A DNA stretch of 63,625 bases, the filler included, from Nemertoderma westbladi (lineage: Eukaryota; Animalia; Xenacoelomorpha), in assembly GCA_032718475.1 (NCBI GenBank). It is 3 parts of 3 records of this genome, joined end to end, with 100 filler letters (N's around TTAATTAATTAA, not from the genome) between each part and the next. Parts side by side here need not be neighbours in the genome. Positions count along the whole stretch, not along the records: positions 39,574 to 63,625 come from JAUCBJ010003884.1; 2 more parts are not named here. One strand, 5' to 3'. Position 1 is the stretch's first letter. The number at the start of each line of letters is the position of its first letter. The notes beneath the pieces were generated by a model, which was not told the DNA's origin, did not search any database, and was given only the letters and a program-made list of their open reading frames with translations. Position numbers and translations under genes: made by a program. Of this stretch, positions 48,366 to 60,979 are shown in pieces.

Positions 48366-50418
48366 CAGTCGGTGATATAGGCGATTTTGGACTTATTCCA
48401 ATTTTGGAACTTTGTGCGAGGGTAGATTCCGAAATCGGAATACACTCCAAAATTGGACTTTTATAAATTAAAAAAAAATATTTTTTAGTGTCTCATGTGC
48501 GGCGCGAAGGCCTTTGAACCGTTTCAACAGATTGTTTTAGTATCTCACATACTGCGCGAACGCGAAGGTATCTTAAACGTTTCAACAGTTTGTTTCACAA
48601 TGTTGGAGTCTTGGAGTACGCCACGTGCTGCGCGAAGGTCTCTTAAATGTTTCAAGGGTTCAACAGCTTGTTACACAATCTGACAATGTTACAGTGCGCC
48701 ACGTGCTGCGCGAAGGTCTCTCAAACGTTTCAACAGATTGTTACACAATGTTACAGTAAGCCACGTGCTGCGCGAAGGTCTCTTAAGCATTTGAACAGCT
48801 TGTTACACAATGTTACAGTGCGCCACGTACTGCGCAAAGGTCTCTCAAACGTTTCAACAGATTGTTACACAATGTTACAGTAAGCCACGTGCTGCGCGAA
48901 GGTCTCTTAAACATTTGAACAGCGCGCCACGTGCTGCGCGAAGGTCTCTCAAACGTTTCAACAGATTGTTGCACAATGTTACAGTAAGCCACGTGCTGCG
49001 CGAAGGTCTCTTAAAAATTTGAACAGCTTGTTACACAATGTTACAGTGCGCCATGTGCTGCGCGAAGGTCTCTCAAACGTTTCAACAGATTGTTACACAA
49101 TGTTACAGTAAGCCACGTGCTGCGCGAAGATCTGTTAAACATTTGAACAGCTTGTTACACAATGTTACAGTGCGCCACGTGCTGCGCGAAGGTCTCTTAA
49201 ACGTTTCAACAGCTTGTTACACACTGTTACAGTTCGCCACATGCTGCGCAAAGGTCTCAAAGGTTTCACCAGATTGTTTCAGTACCCCATGTGCTGCACG
49301 TAGGTCTATTAAACGTTTCAACAGCTTGTTAACAATGTTACAGTACGCCACGTGCTGCGCGAATGACTCCTAAACGTTTCAACAGCTTGTTACACAATGT
49401 TGGAGTACGCCACGTGCTGCGCGAAGGTCTCTTAAACGTTTCAACAGCTTGTTACAATGTTACAGCAAGCCACGTGCCCCGTGAAGGTCTCTTAAACGTT
49501 TCAACAGTTTGTTACACAATGTTGGAGTACGCCACGTGCTGCGCGAAGGTCTCTTAAACGTTTCAACAGCTTGTTACACAATGTTACAGTTCTCCACATG
49601 CTGCGCGAAGGTCTCAAACGTTTTAACAGATTGTTTCAGTATTTCACATACTTCGCGAAGGTCTCTCAAACGTTTCATCAGATTGTTATACAATGTTACA
49701 GTATCGCATGTGCTGCACGAAAGTCTCTTAAACGTTTCAACAGATTGTTTCAGTATCCAACATGCTGCACGAAGGTCTCTTAAACGTTTCAACAGATTGT
49801 TACAGTGCCCCACATGCTGCACGAAGGTCTCTTAAACGTTTCAATGGATTGTTTCAGTATCTCAAATACTGCGTGAAGGACATGGAAGGTATCTTAATCA
49901 TTTCAACAGATTGTTACAGTTCTAGTTTTTAAAATCTATTTACGTATGTACGTACATTGACAAAGTGAAACAAAATAGAGTAAATAAGATAAATTTCATT
50001 CAGAAAGACAACTGTGGACTTAAATTGCTAAGTGCTGCTATGTGATGTTCAATACAAACAATACGCTACCCATTCTGCCATTTTACTGCAGTGTACTGTA
50101 CCTACAGCGTAGTACAGTAGTATAGTGCTGATGGAAAGACAAAATTGGACCTAAAGTCCAAAATTGGATGCGCAAAACTTTAAATGTCGGTTGTCTTTGT
50201 GGTGCACCGTGAAATTTTCTCGTGCACGTTCAAAGCTCTTATTTTGTAGTAAAGAACATGTAGGTTAAATTTCAGATCCCGTCTGAAAAAATTGTAGGCC
50301 GTGGAAAATTCACTGTAATTCATATCAAAATTAATTCCGATATTGGAATGGAAGTCCAATTTTGACTTAGCAAGTTCCAAAATTGGATCAAGTCCAAAAT
50401 CGCCTATATCACCGACTG
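48366..50418. mobile_element. hAT-like MITE, 8-bp TSD ATAAAGAC
   Basis: TIR CAGTCGGTGATATAGGCGATTTTGGACTT...; TSD at 48358-48365 and 50419-50426. Confidence 0.93.
48490..49920. repeat. ~62-bp minisatellite (GCCACGTGCTGCGCGAAGGTCTCTTAAACGTTTCAACAG...) inside the hAT MITE
   Basis: Period measured between 49112 and 49174; more than 20 variant units. Confidence 0.97.
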
Positions 50419-51387
50419 ATAAAGACAGACAGACAATACAACATATTTTTGACAAGTTTCAGCTTGACTGCTTGAACGGATCATAAATAACGGAATGAGC
50501 CAAGGATTTCACTTTCAGATATTCGGCCCTCTAGCGGCAGACTAAAGAACTGCATGCAGATTAGCCCCCTTTGAATGACACATGACAGCTATGAGCTAAT
50601 GGTTGGTCTAATACAAGTATGACAAGTTTCAGCATTGTCTTTTGGTCGGATTAAATGCAGAGAGATGGCAGATGGGAGGACATTTATTAATTGTTAATGT
50701 TTGACATGTAGCCCTCTAGCGGGAGACTGTTGTACTGATGGTGTCGAACAGTCTCTAAAATCCCAACTTTTGGTCTTATTGATGCATTGTACAATTTCTC
50801 AACAAAGTTTGTGTCAATTACAATGGGCTACTACTGTTCGATTTATGTTATGTCCCAAATTCCCCCAACTGTCCCAAATTACCCCATGCTGGGTTAATTT
50901 GGGACACTGATGAATATTAATTAAAAAAGGGTAATTAATTATTTGAAAATAAAAATTAAGTAATTAGTTTGATATAATGGGTACATGGTGCAACTTGATA
51001 AGGTCGGATTATCAAAAAAATGTTTTTAAGATTCTGAAAAAAGCTTTAAAGGACGATTTTGTCCCAAATTACCCCAGTTTACCCTATAGGCCTATTGACT
51101 AGAAATAATTAATAAAATTGAATAAATAACGCGATTTAAATATAAACATTATTAGGCCTACTCCTACAGTCCTACTGTCTGACTGTATTATGCTCACCAC
51201 AAGAATGCGTAGTCCAGCACTCCAGCATTACGATAAAATACGAAATAACTCATATATCTGTACATAACTGTCAGACTGTAGGCCTATAAACACAATCTGA
51301 CAGTCTGACAATCGGCCTAAAGTAAATTCACAATCAATACCGGTATTCAGATATTCTTTATCTGGGCAGCTGGGTGACAGACTGACA

Positions 51388-51892
51388 GACCGAATGTAAT
51401 CAGCTGATCGAATGTAACATAATTTTAACGAATCGAACATAGCCTCAATTATGTCGTATGTTACATCGGATCCTATAACAATGTTACATTCGATCTACAA
51501 ATTACTACAGTCAGACAGTACTAAGCCCGAATGTAACATACATTTATTTCTGTTGTGTTTTGATTTCAGGAGTTAACCGATGAAATGCTTCATTTATTTA
51601 CAGGAAGAAATAGTTTGGTGAGTACAAAACAAAAACCCAATTAAGTAACCTGCATAATCTTGTAACATGTGTTAACTTTTGTTAATTGTTTTGGTTCCCC
51701 CCCAACGCCAACCCAACACGACTCTGTAACCTGCTCCTTTAAATGGCAATGTTACATTCGGGCCTAGTAATTTGTAGATCGAATGTAACATAGTTATAGG
51801 ATCCAGATCCAATGTAACATAATTGCGGTTACGTTCGATACATACTAATAACCAGATAACTATGTTAAATTCATTCCTGATTACGTTCGGTC
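51388..51892. mobile_element. Foldback MITE with ~150-bp imperfect inverted arms rich in ATGTAACAT
   Basis: GACCGAATGTAATCAG ... CTGATTACGTTCGGTC; arms 51388-51540 and 51750-51892. Confidence 0.75.
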
Positions 51893-52911
51893 ATGTCTGC
51901 ATGTAGGCCTATCCTCTTTATCTCATTTCTGCATTTGAGACAATAATAATAGTACAGGTCCGGTACCGGTAACCGGTAGTTCAACTAATAACAGATATAC
52001 AGATAAGATATAATATAATAATACTGTAATTACCGGTAATTATATGTCAGTCAGTACCATGGATATTGGATAAGGAAATGAAAAGTTTTTATTTAGGCCC
52101 TACTTCTGTAAGTCTGTAAGTAAAAACGCACCAACATGCACAACACAATAAAATAAGATCATTTTTTAAACATTCACTGAGTGACTGATAAAGACGGTAT
52201 CTAAATAATCAAATATTAATAAACATATAGTATACTATTATCAGATTATACAATACAGAATACACCGATATAAAAACAAATTTATTACTATTGGTATGGT
52301 AAGTATGTTGGTGTATGCGATATACAATAAAAAATAAGTATGTAGCCTAAGATATTGTTTTTAAAATACATAAAATAAATTAAAATAAGTCTGTAGGATA
52401 GTGATCTTAAAATAGAAACAAACAACACATTAATAATAAAATAAAATGATTTAAGTTACCGGTAGTAGTTTTATTCTTAAAATAAGCAATGTTTAATAAA
52501 ATAAGGATATTATGTAAGTAATGTAGGTTTATTGAATTAAAATAATGTAGAAATAATGTATTTAAAATAATGAAATATTGAAATAAAAATATAAAAGTTT
52601 ATGTTCTTTTGCACTATTATTATGGTAGATTACGGAATGCTTTCAAGTAGACGTTCGTGAAGCCTTCGCGCAGCACGAGGCCCAGTTATGAGATACAAAT
52701 TAAAATTGTGCGACTGTATAACAAAATCAGGTTATGAGAGATTAACCACACCACCAATTAATCAAAGAAAGGGGGACAGTACGTGTTCACCCCTTTTAAT
52801 CTGCACCCCCCCCCCCCATCCCCCCAATACATAACCGCGACATCTACCACCCACGGAAGGGTAGCACGAACTTATTTCCAAACGTACGTTCAATATGCAA
52901 AGCCAGGTGGT

Positions 52912-53451
52912 TTATAGGAATATAATCAATGCAGTACTCGTCTTCATTATAAGCCTCTTTGCGTTCGACCTGTTTTGTATTAAAATATATTTATTAAACG
53001 CATGCTGACGCTCTTTATAATAATAATACCTAGGGATGCCAGCTTCCAGACTTTCAATCTTTACTGCCGCGCAAACCCCGCAGAGGAAGTTTTGGTTTGA
53101 GAGATCAAGCCCATCGGCAATTGGTGTTTCAATTTCGGTCCAGGAACTCTGACAATGGGAGCATTCAATCTTAGCTGTGGTCCATTCCCGTGGTTTCGGC
53201 TTCCTGTTCTTCGTCCCAATGACAGATTCTTCTGAAGACGTTCGATTCGCTTTCAGTTTATTATTGGCGTTTGTGTTTTGAAGTTGTATTCGAGTGGACA
53301 GTCGCGCCGGTTTCGAGGTAACCTGTGATAAGCGTTGGTTTTGTTGAGTGCCGGTATTCCAGTATTCATCTTCTCTCACCTCTTCAATGTCAGATGTTGC
53401 AAATACTGATATGATAACACGAATAACGGTATATATTTCAATACTTGTCAA
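52912..53451 (-). pseudogene. Probable LINE (CR1/L2) ORF1 N-terminal PHD-like zinc-finger fragment
   Basis: IECSHCQSSW...NFLCGVCAAVKIESLE, followed by abrupt loss of coding character; no ORF2 follows. Confidence 0.5.
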
Positions 53452-54039
53452 TAGTAATATAGATAATTTAGATACCGGTAACTATTTTATATCTGTACTG
53501 TTGAGCAAACTCTACATAAATTCCAACCTGTGTATCGCCAGTAGTGCTGTTGCTGTGCAACAGTGCAAGTGCTGAAGTGCTAGTTGCCACCGGTCAGCCG
53601 GTACCGGTAGTAGGGTGGGTACCTACGGTGCGCACTACAACGGCAGTACAGCAATACGGTGTACCGTGCCAATGACTGAATGATTAGCGGTAACTATCTA
53701 AACTATTATATTATTATTACCGGTACTGGGCTAATTAGGCTTAAACTATAATCACCGCAAGGATTGCCTGGGCCATGCTGCCATGTTTAATTAGATTACA
53801 TGATATGGCATGTCTGCAGTGTACAGGTGTATGGTACCGACTGACCAGTATTGCAGTATTGACTGATTGCAGAATTCTTGATTCAGGGATTGAGTACAGC
53901 CTGACAGTACCGGTACACATGGTACATAGATGTATTGCAAAATTTGTCAGAAACCCAGCTGATTTATCCTACAGTAATAATAATTTAACGCATTTTAATT
54001 TTGGATAAATTAATTTATTATAACTGCAATAACAGTTAC

Positions 54040-54251
54040 ACTGCTGCTGCACGAAGGCCCCACGCAATTTCTACTTGGAAAATTTTCAAACTTTTGCCAA
54101 ACAACATGTGTACCAAGTTTGGATAGATTTCATCAAGGATTGGCCGAGTTATTAACGTTTAAAATAAAATACTGAAAAAAAACGCGACAGAACAACAGGT
54201 TGACTAATGGTACCCCTACGCTAAGGCTCACTCACTTCGTGGCTCGCCCCA
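54040..54251 (+). mobile_element. Helentron/HINE-like non-autonomous fragment (related ends at ~22490-22740)
   Basis: TGTACCAAGTTTGG core and 3' GCTAAGGCTCACTCACTTCGTGGCTCGCCCCA, shared with 22507-22538, 22616-22638 and 22717-22741. Confidence 0.4.
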
Positions 54252-55190
54252 CAGTTAAGTACGAGGTCAAATCAACATCAGAACATCACGTAATAGAGTT
54301 TTAAAGTAATAGAGTAAAAATTTTTCATTGGACCTATATTTTTCTTAAATAGCGAAAATTATTAGGCCCTACCTTATTAATTATAACTAATATTAGTTAT
54401 AAATGACGTATATTTTTTTCGCCATTCAAATCCTTTGATAATTACTTACAACTTTGAATTTCATGATTTTTCCATAGATCCTATATTTTTCTTAAATAGC
54501 GAAAATTATTACCTAAATATTTATAACTAATATTAGTTATTAATAAAATATAATTTTTTTGCTGTTCAAATAATTATCTACAACTTCATATTTCATAATT
54601 TTTAAGTAAGATATATATTTTTATATAAATAGTGAAAATTATTACCTTTTTTATTATAACTAATAATATTAGTTATAAATAATTAATTAATTATAAATAA
54701 ATACATTTTTTTCCACCATTCGACCATATTTGATTCACTACAACTTACATTTTTGTCCATTTGCTAAGTGTAGGCCTACTTCAAGAAATTGTGAATTGTA
54801 TGATTGATAATTTTATAAAAAATTTAGGTTCTGACAGTCTGAGGGGCATATCAGAAAGTGGGATATATCTTTTTACAGAACACAGTAGAACACAGCAGAA
54901 CACAATAGAATACAGGCGGAACATAGGCGAACACAGCTGTAATTAAAATCTATACCAAAAAATAACACACTTGGGAAAGTAGGCTACCGGATTTAATCAT
55001 ACAACTGTAAGATGTCAATTACATATTTAAATTAAATGGCGGTTTTCCATATCCTCCAAAATAAATTACTTCTCATTATCCTGTAACCATGGAGAGTTGG
55101 TTAGTTCTACAGCAGTACAGTACCGGTAGCTGAGTAGGCCTACATCAGTACATTGGTAATATAATCTACACTGTGCCCGGTAATTGCCGG

Positions 55191-56041
55191 TGTCACAAGG
55201 AAATCAGCCCCCCCTAGAATATGCCCCCCGGGGCATTATTTCCTAGGATATTATGTCCCCCCGGGCAGCCGGGCAATTTTTCCTAGGAAATTTAGCCCGG
55301 GGGGGCATTTTCTCCTTAGGAAATAATGCCTCCCCTCAGGAAAATTAGCCCCCCTCAAAAGTCTGAAAACTGGTACGATACCGGTCTGCTTCTAGCCACT
55401 TTTAATCTACCAACTGCAGAACTTGTAATAGTTGGAAGAATAGTACGGTACCGGTCTGCCGGTAGGTAAGCAGGTAAGGCAGTAAGGGATGTAGAGCAGC
55501 ATACTGAAGTATCAAAGTCAGTAGGCTACTGTAGTAAGTACTGGTATAACAGCAGCTCCAAGCTTTTTTAAGTCTGTAACCTGCTCCTTTCCCTGATTTG
55601 GTAAAGTGATTGTTTATTGTTTTGGTTAGAAAATCCCGCCTCTGTAACCTGCTCCTTTCTCTCAATTGGTAATGTTATCGTTTATTGTTTTGGTTAGAAA
55701 ATCTCGTCTCTATAACCTGCTCCTTTCCCTGATTTGCTAAAGTGACTGTTTATTGTTTTGGTTAGAAAATCCCGCCTCTGTAACCTGCTCCTTTCCCTCA
55801 ATTAGTTAAATGATCGTTTATTGTTTTGGTTAGAAAGGCCTGCCTCTGTAACCTGCTCCTTTCCTTCATTTGGTAAAGTGACTGTTTATTGTTTTGTATA
55901 ATTTTTGTAAGTTTTAGTAGTAATAAGTTTTGTTTATTGTATAATTCAGGGGGGAATAATTTCCTAAGGGGGGGGCATTTTTTCCTAGGAAAATATGCCC
56001 CCCCGGGCACATTTCCCGGGGGGGCATATTTTCCTGTTACA
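55191..56041. mobile_element. Ginger1-like non-autonomous DNA transposon (TGT...ACA, CCGG TSD)
   Basis: CCGG at 55187-90 and 56042-45, TGTCAC/TGTAAC termini, CCTAGG-rich inverted arms. Confidence 0.7.
55573..55895. repeat. ~68-bp tandem repeat, five units
   Basis: CTGTAACCTGCTCCTTTCCCTGATTTGGTAAAGTGA...GGTTAGAAAATCCCGCCT units. Confidence 0.95.
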
Positions 56042-56613
56042 CCGGTAAATGCCTACATCTGTCTGTCTGTACAATGTACAATCTATCAGTCTGTACATGT
56101 CTCTACAGCACTAGGCCTACTGCAGTACTGGAACAGGCTGACAGGCAGACTGCTGGACTAGTAACAGGTACAGGCCTAACCGAACAGCTGATCGGGCAAC
56201 TCTGATCAGGTAATTTATTTTGGGGGATATGGAAAACCGCCATTTAATTTAAATATGTAATTGACATCTTACAGTTGTATGATTAAGTCCGGTACTTTCC
56301 CAAGTGTGTTATTTTTTGGTGTAGATTTTATTACAGCTGTGTTCGCCTATGTTCCGCCTGTATTCTATTGTGTTCTACAGTGTTCTGCTGTGTTCTGTAA
56401 AAAGAACTATCTCAGAAAGTGGATTAGTAGGGAAAGGGTTAATATAATAATAATATTTATTATTTATCAGTTATATTTACAATTTACAAAATATCGAAAC
56501 ATAATTATGATTCTGGGTAGATGATAACAAAATTCCATTGTCGGGATCTGAAATTCACGTGAAACCAGTCGGATCCTGGTGTAAACGTTACGCCGACAGC
56601 AGACTACCGGCGA

Positions 56614-58514
56614 CAGAATCACTAGAGGAGCCCAACGGCTCCTCAACACATTGGAACATGCTGCTTCTAGTGCTGGTCTTTTTATTAACTCCAGAAATAC
56701 CAAAATTCTGACAGTAAACTTTGAAAGTCCTCAGCAAGTCTCTGACCGTATGAGCATAAGCTCAAAGGATGGCATGCTTGAGCATGTGGATGACTTCTGT
56801 TACTTGGGATCATGGATACGGAAGTCAGGTGAGGACCTTCGAATACGTAAGGGAAAGGCATGGGCAGCCTTGAATAGGCTTTCCAGGATTTGGAAGTCAC
56901 AGAGAATTAATCGGAAACTTAAGGTCCGATTATTTCGAGCAGCAATAGTTCCAGTACTCCTCTATATGGGAGTCCATGCTGGGCTCTAACTGCTGAGGAC
57001 ACCAAATCTCGGGATGGCACATTCACAGGACTGCTACGCCGGGTTCATTGTGTCAAGTACAATGCACACATCTCCAACCAGACACTATATAACATTGGAG
57101 GTGTCTCATTGGTTCCCCCAAGCTTGACACTAGAACAAAGTCGCCTCCGCTTTGCAGGGCATTGCTTTCGGCTTGAGAACCAGCCAGTGCATAATCTTGT
57201 GCTTTGGCAGCCTCATGGAGTGAATAAGCAAGTTTAGCCCATGACTTTCCTGAGACGCATCTTAAAGGACACTGGCCTCGAAGATGCGGATGATCTAGCA
57301 AATGTCATGGGTGATAGGGAGTTGTGGCGCCGCAATTTTGTCGACAAGCCGGCACAGCCAGACATCCCTCTCAAAATTCAAACAAAAATAACGCAGCCAA
57401 CTAATACACACACAAGACACAACATACAAAAAAACGCAACATCGAATTTCACCCCCCCCCCCCTCTCCCACCCACACTCGTCCCCCCAAAAACGATTTAT
57501 AAATATTTAATTTTTATAATATGATTAAAATATCAATAAAAAGTTTGTAATATTGACTACAATTATGGCATAATATAAACGCTATACAATTCGCGAATTC
57601 TTGGCTGCTACTTTTGAGAAGGGACAGTAAAACGAAATAAAAGAACCGATAAACGTTTTTGATTTCGTTTAGTTCTGAATGATTTTTGTTTCGTTTACTC
57701 AATTTAGTTTTCGTTTAATATTTTTCTTGTTTAGTTTGTTAAATCTAGTTTAGTATCTCTTTGTTTTTCTTTTCGTTTACATTTACATTACTTATTGTAA
57801 TTTGATTTGCTGGTGACTAACGATGGTGATTCTGAAATTTCAGAAGTTTCAATGACATAATTCAATGTGCACTCATATAAAAAATAGTTACAGTAGATTT
57901 GATTCTTTATGTTAATTTTTTTTAATTGTTAAGTTAATTTATTTAAGTTTAAATGATAATTTAATTTTATTTTGTCCCTAGTTTTCTTTTCGTTTTGTAA
58001 TCCCAAATTTAAGAGACGTTTTTTCGTTTATCAACACAACTTTTCTTAATTTTGGCAGATGCCGCAAGGAGCTGTTAGTCGCCTCATGCATTGCGTCTAC
58101 ATGTTATTCTTCTTTTAGCTCTTCTAAACGTAATTTGTCTTTTCCTGGAGACAGTTCTGTACTCTGCAGACAACACGGCACTGTCAAATGTTAGACTATA
58201 GTTACACTATAATAGGCCTACGATATTTTGCTGATTCGGGGCGTTTCTAGGATACTGTTCAATCACTAAGTAGTTTAACTACTCAGTGTTAAATTATAGA
58301 TTTAAGAGACGGGCTCCTTCTTATAAAACTTTTTTAAGTTTTAGCAAATTTGGAATAGGCCTATGTGGAGTTGATTTACAAATATTCTAAATTAGCAGAA
58401 TTGGACAGTTTTCGGAAAAAAGGTGGTTTTAACGCAAGCTGTGAGAAAAAAAAACGCATCGCGTTAAAAAACGCAGCAGTGGGATGCCTGGGCACAGCAT
58501 TCTTAAAAATGCAG
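56614..58514 (+). mobile_element. Second 5'-truncated RTE LINE copy, split by a hAT MITE
   Basis: 56614-57358 matches ~30412-31163 and resumes at 58499 (ATTCTTAAAAATGCAG). Confidence 0.92.
57359..58490. mobile_element. hAT-like MITE, 8-bp TSD GGCACAGC
   Basis: TIRs CAGACATCCCTCT / CAGGCATCCCACT; TSD at 57351-58 and 58491-98. Confidence 0.9.
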
Positions 58515-59390
58515 GTTCCACATTAGAAAACATCCCTTTGAATACTTTCTAATGCTTTTTTACAATTATAGATAATACCCAGGTCATGACTGAGATTTTT
58601 ACCAATCCATCAGTCCATTGGGTCTTACTACACTTAACTAAACAGCTGTGATGAAATGGTACTTCCTAATGTGGTTCCTTTTATATGTATTCCATTATTG
58701 GGAGCCATAAGGGTGAGCGAGGAGGATTCGGGAAAATCTCCTTTACAGCGGGACAATTATTGTTAATGATAAAATAAATACAATAAAACACAATATGCAG
58801 TGCTTCGCATGAAATACGTATTATTTATCTACATTTATAAGGTGAATTAATTAATTTTATTTGCCTACCGGTAACCTAAATAATACACAATTCACTCTAC
58901 TAAGGTGCGTCAAATTCGAAGTGTGAAATTATGCATCAGCACTCACCCATATAAACTTACCGGTAAACAAAATTAAAACGCATTTTAATTCAGTTAGTTA
59001 TAAAACTTATAAAACTATAACTACGTTATTACGGTATGACCCGTAATACTCTAGTGCAGTATAGCAGTTGTGACGTTTTCTGTCGGACCCATATTTTTCA
59101 ACAAATATTTATAATATTGCTTGAAATTTGAAACACAAATAGTTCAAACTTACCGTCGATAAACACAAGAAGCCAGAATTTTCAAAATTGCTTTTATACA
59201 CTGCCTTGGTTCTTGTACCGTTAGTGCAGCATAATTGCACCTTTCTTATCGCGGCCATTCTTCATATTACAGGATTACAGTAGTAGTTTAGTTATTTATG
59301 TTACTTTCTTTTTTTGTAAAAGAAATACTGTAGTTCAGTATCAGTAGTTATTACAAAGCTTATTGGGTCTAAATAATTCTGGCTCCATGT

Positions 59391-60806
59391 GGCGATTATT
59401 GATTAATTCCAAATGTGAATGACCGAAAATTGAATTAGTTAACAGCGTTCATTGCAATAAGTAAATGGCAAGCCAAATTTTCAAATAAATTTTTGGGTAG
59501 AGTTCATCCATCATGTGCATTACCATAAAAAAATACTTGGCGTAATGTTTGTTAAAAATTATTAGATGTTTTGTAAACGTGACTGACGGAAGGCAATTAG
59601 GAACACATTTTGATGACATATTTTTGAGATGGCAAAGTTCATTTTGTTATTCTATGATATTTTTAGCTTCAGGCGCCAAAAACTTCAGTAATTAATAGGT
59701 ATATTACTCTGTAGTGAGCTAGTGACCAAACGTGACTGACGGAATTCAGAGACATTCCGAAGTAATTTTAACTTTTTATAGTCAGAAAATTGTTTATAGA
59801 CAATATTTGTGATATAATATATATATTTTGTTTATTTTTCTTAATTATTATTAGTTATTTTATTTACTCTAATAATTATCTCGTGTTTATTAATCCCAGC
59901 TAGCAATTTGTAAATTAATTAACTTGATGCTATTAATCAATTAGTATTTTATTTTTTAATATTTTCAATTCAATGCACAGATTGAAATATTTTCTGGCCA
60001 ATGTTCAAAAATTACCAATATATATTCATAGTTTTTGTTTTGCTAATAAGGTTGGAAATTCCGTCAGTCACAGAAAGTTTAGTTATTCTGATACAGAAAT
60101 AATTTCTTTCAAACTTTATTATCCACAAATTCAGACAATATCATGACCAAAATGCATTCTATGAGCAATATTAATACTATTAGATAAAGGCAATGCCTAA
60201 AATTCACCAATAATGCTAAATTCCGTATGTCACATGTCACTGACGGAATTCTTTAGTTAGCTCTCAAATTAGGTAGGTATTGTTTTTATCTGATCGTTTT
60301 AATATTTCTCACGTATTGTGGTCATGAGATTATCTGAATTTGTGGAGAAGAAAGATTGCCAGAAAGCCTTTCTGTTTCAGAATAACTAAACTTGGGCGTA
60401 GTATTATTTTATGTGACTGACTGAATTTTCAGCAGTAGTGAGCAAAACATTTGTTTCTGTCGGAAGGCTTATTGAAATCCAATAAATATTTTTGTGAAAT
60501 AGTTTATTGAAGTGGTGGTTCCAAAATATACTTGCATTAGCATGATAATATATTATAGTATAATAAATTTAAATCAATATGAAAAATGCTAATTATTAGC
60601 ACAATTATGTCATCAATTTTCCGGAGACTTTACATCCCAGTATTTTTTTCTAAGTAATCAAATATTCATATCATATATTCATACATATATCTATATCCTA
60701 CACTTCAGCACTTTGGATACCGTACTTTTAGGATATGAAAACCATTTTTGGTGATATGGATGTTAATTTTTTTTATGTTAAGTGTGACCCTTTTTCAATA
60801 ATCGCC
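59391..60806. mobile_element. Non-autonomous DNA transposon, TIR GGCGATTATTGA, 4-bp TSD ATGT (Sola-like)
   Basis: TSD at 59387-90 and 60807-10; internal repeated GTGACTGACGGAA motifs (~59579, 59732, 60060, 60236, 60413). Confidence 0.75.
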
Positions 60807-60979
60807 ATGTTGACATCGACGGTGAGTTGAACTAGTTGGGTTTCAAATTTCAAGCAAAATGTTAAAGATCTGTAGAAATTTTTTTTTTTGGGGGGTCCAT
60901 TCCGTGTCATCAGAAAATGACACAATACAATATTACGAATCACGGTGTAAATAGAATAGGTTCAGGTCTCGTTGTTGGA

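Larger units (their letters stand above)
46597..50725 (-). promoter_or_regulatory. Array of seven co-oriented CTCF-like motifs
   Basis: Plus-strand (G)CCCTCTAG(CA/GA/CG/TG)G at ~46598, 46770, 46984, 47172 (split), 48250, 50526 and 50711; the reverse complement is CCGCTAGAGGGC/CCACTAGAGGGC-like. Several carry TGCA(G/T) 12 nt upstream of the core. Confidence 0.7.
46375..51084. mobile_element. Tc1/mariner-pogo-like non-autonomous element with TA TSD, holding two nested insertions
   Basis: 25-bp TIR GGGTAAACTGGGGTAATTTGGGACA at both ends; TA at 46373-4 and 51085-6; subterminal AATTTGGGACA repeats. Confidence 0.92.
54862..56411. mobile_element. MULE-like MITE with ~200-bp TIRs and 9-11-bp TSD TCAGAAAGTGG
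   Basis: 54862-55069 is inverted at ~56210-56411; TSD at 54851-54861 and 56412-56422. Confidence 0.88.
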
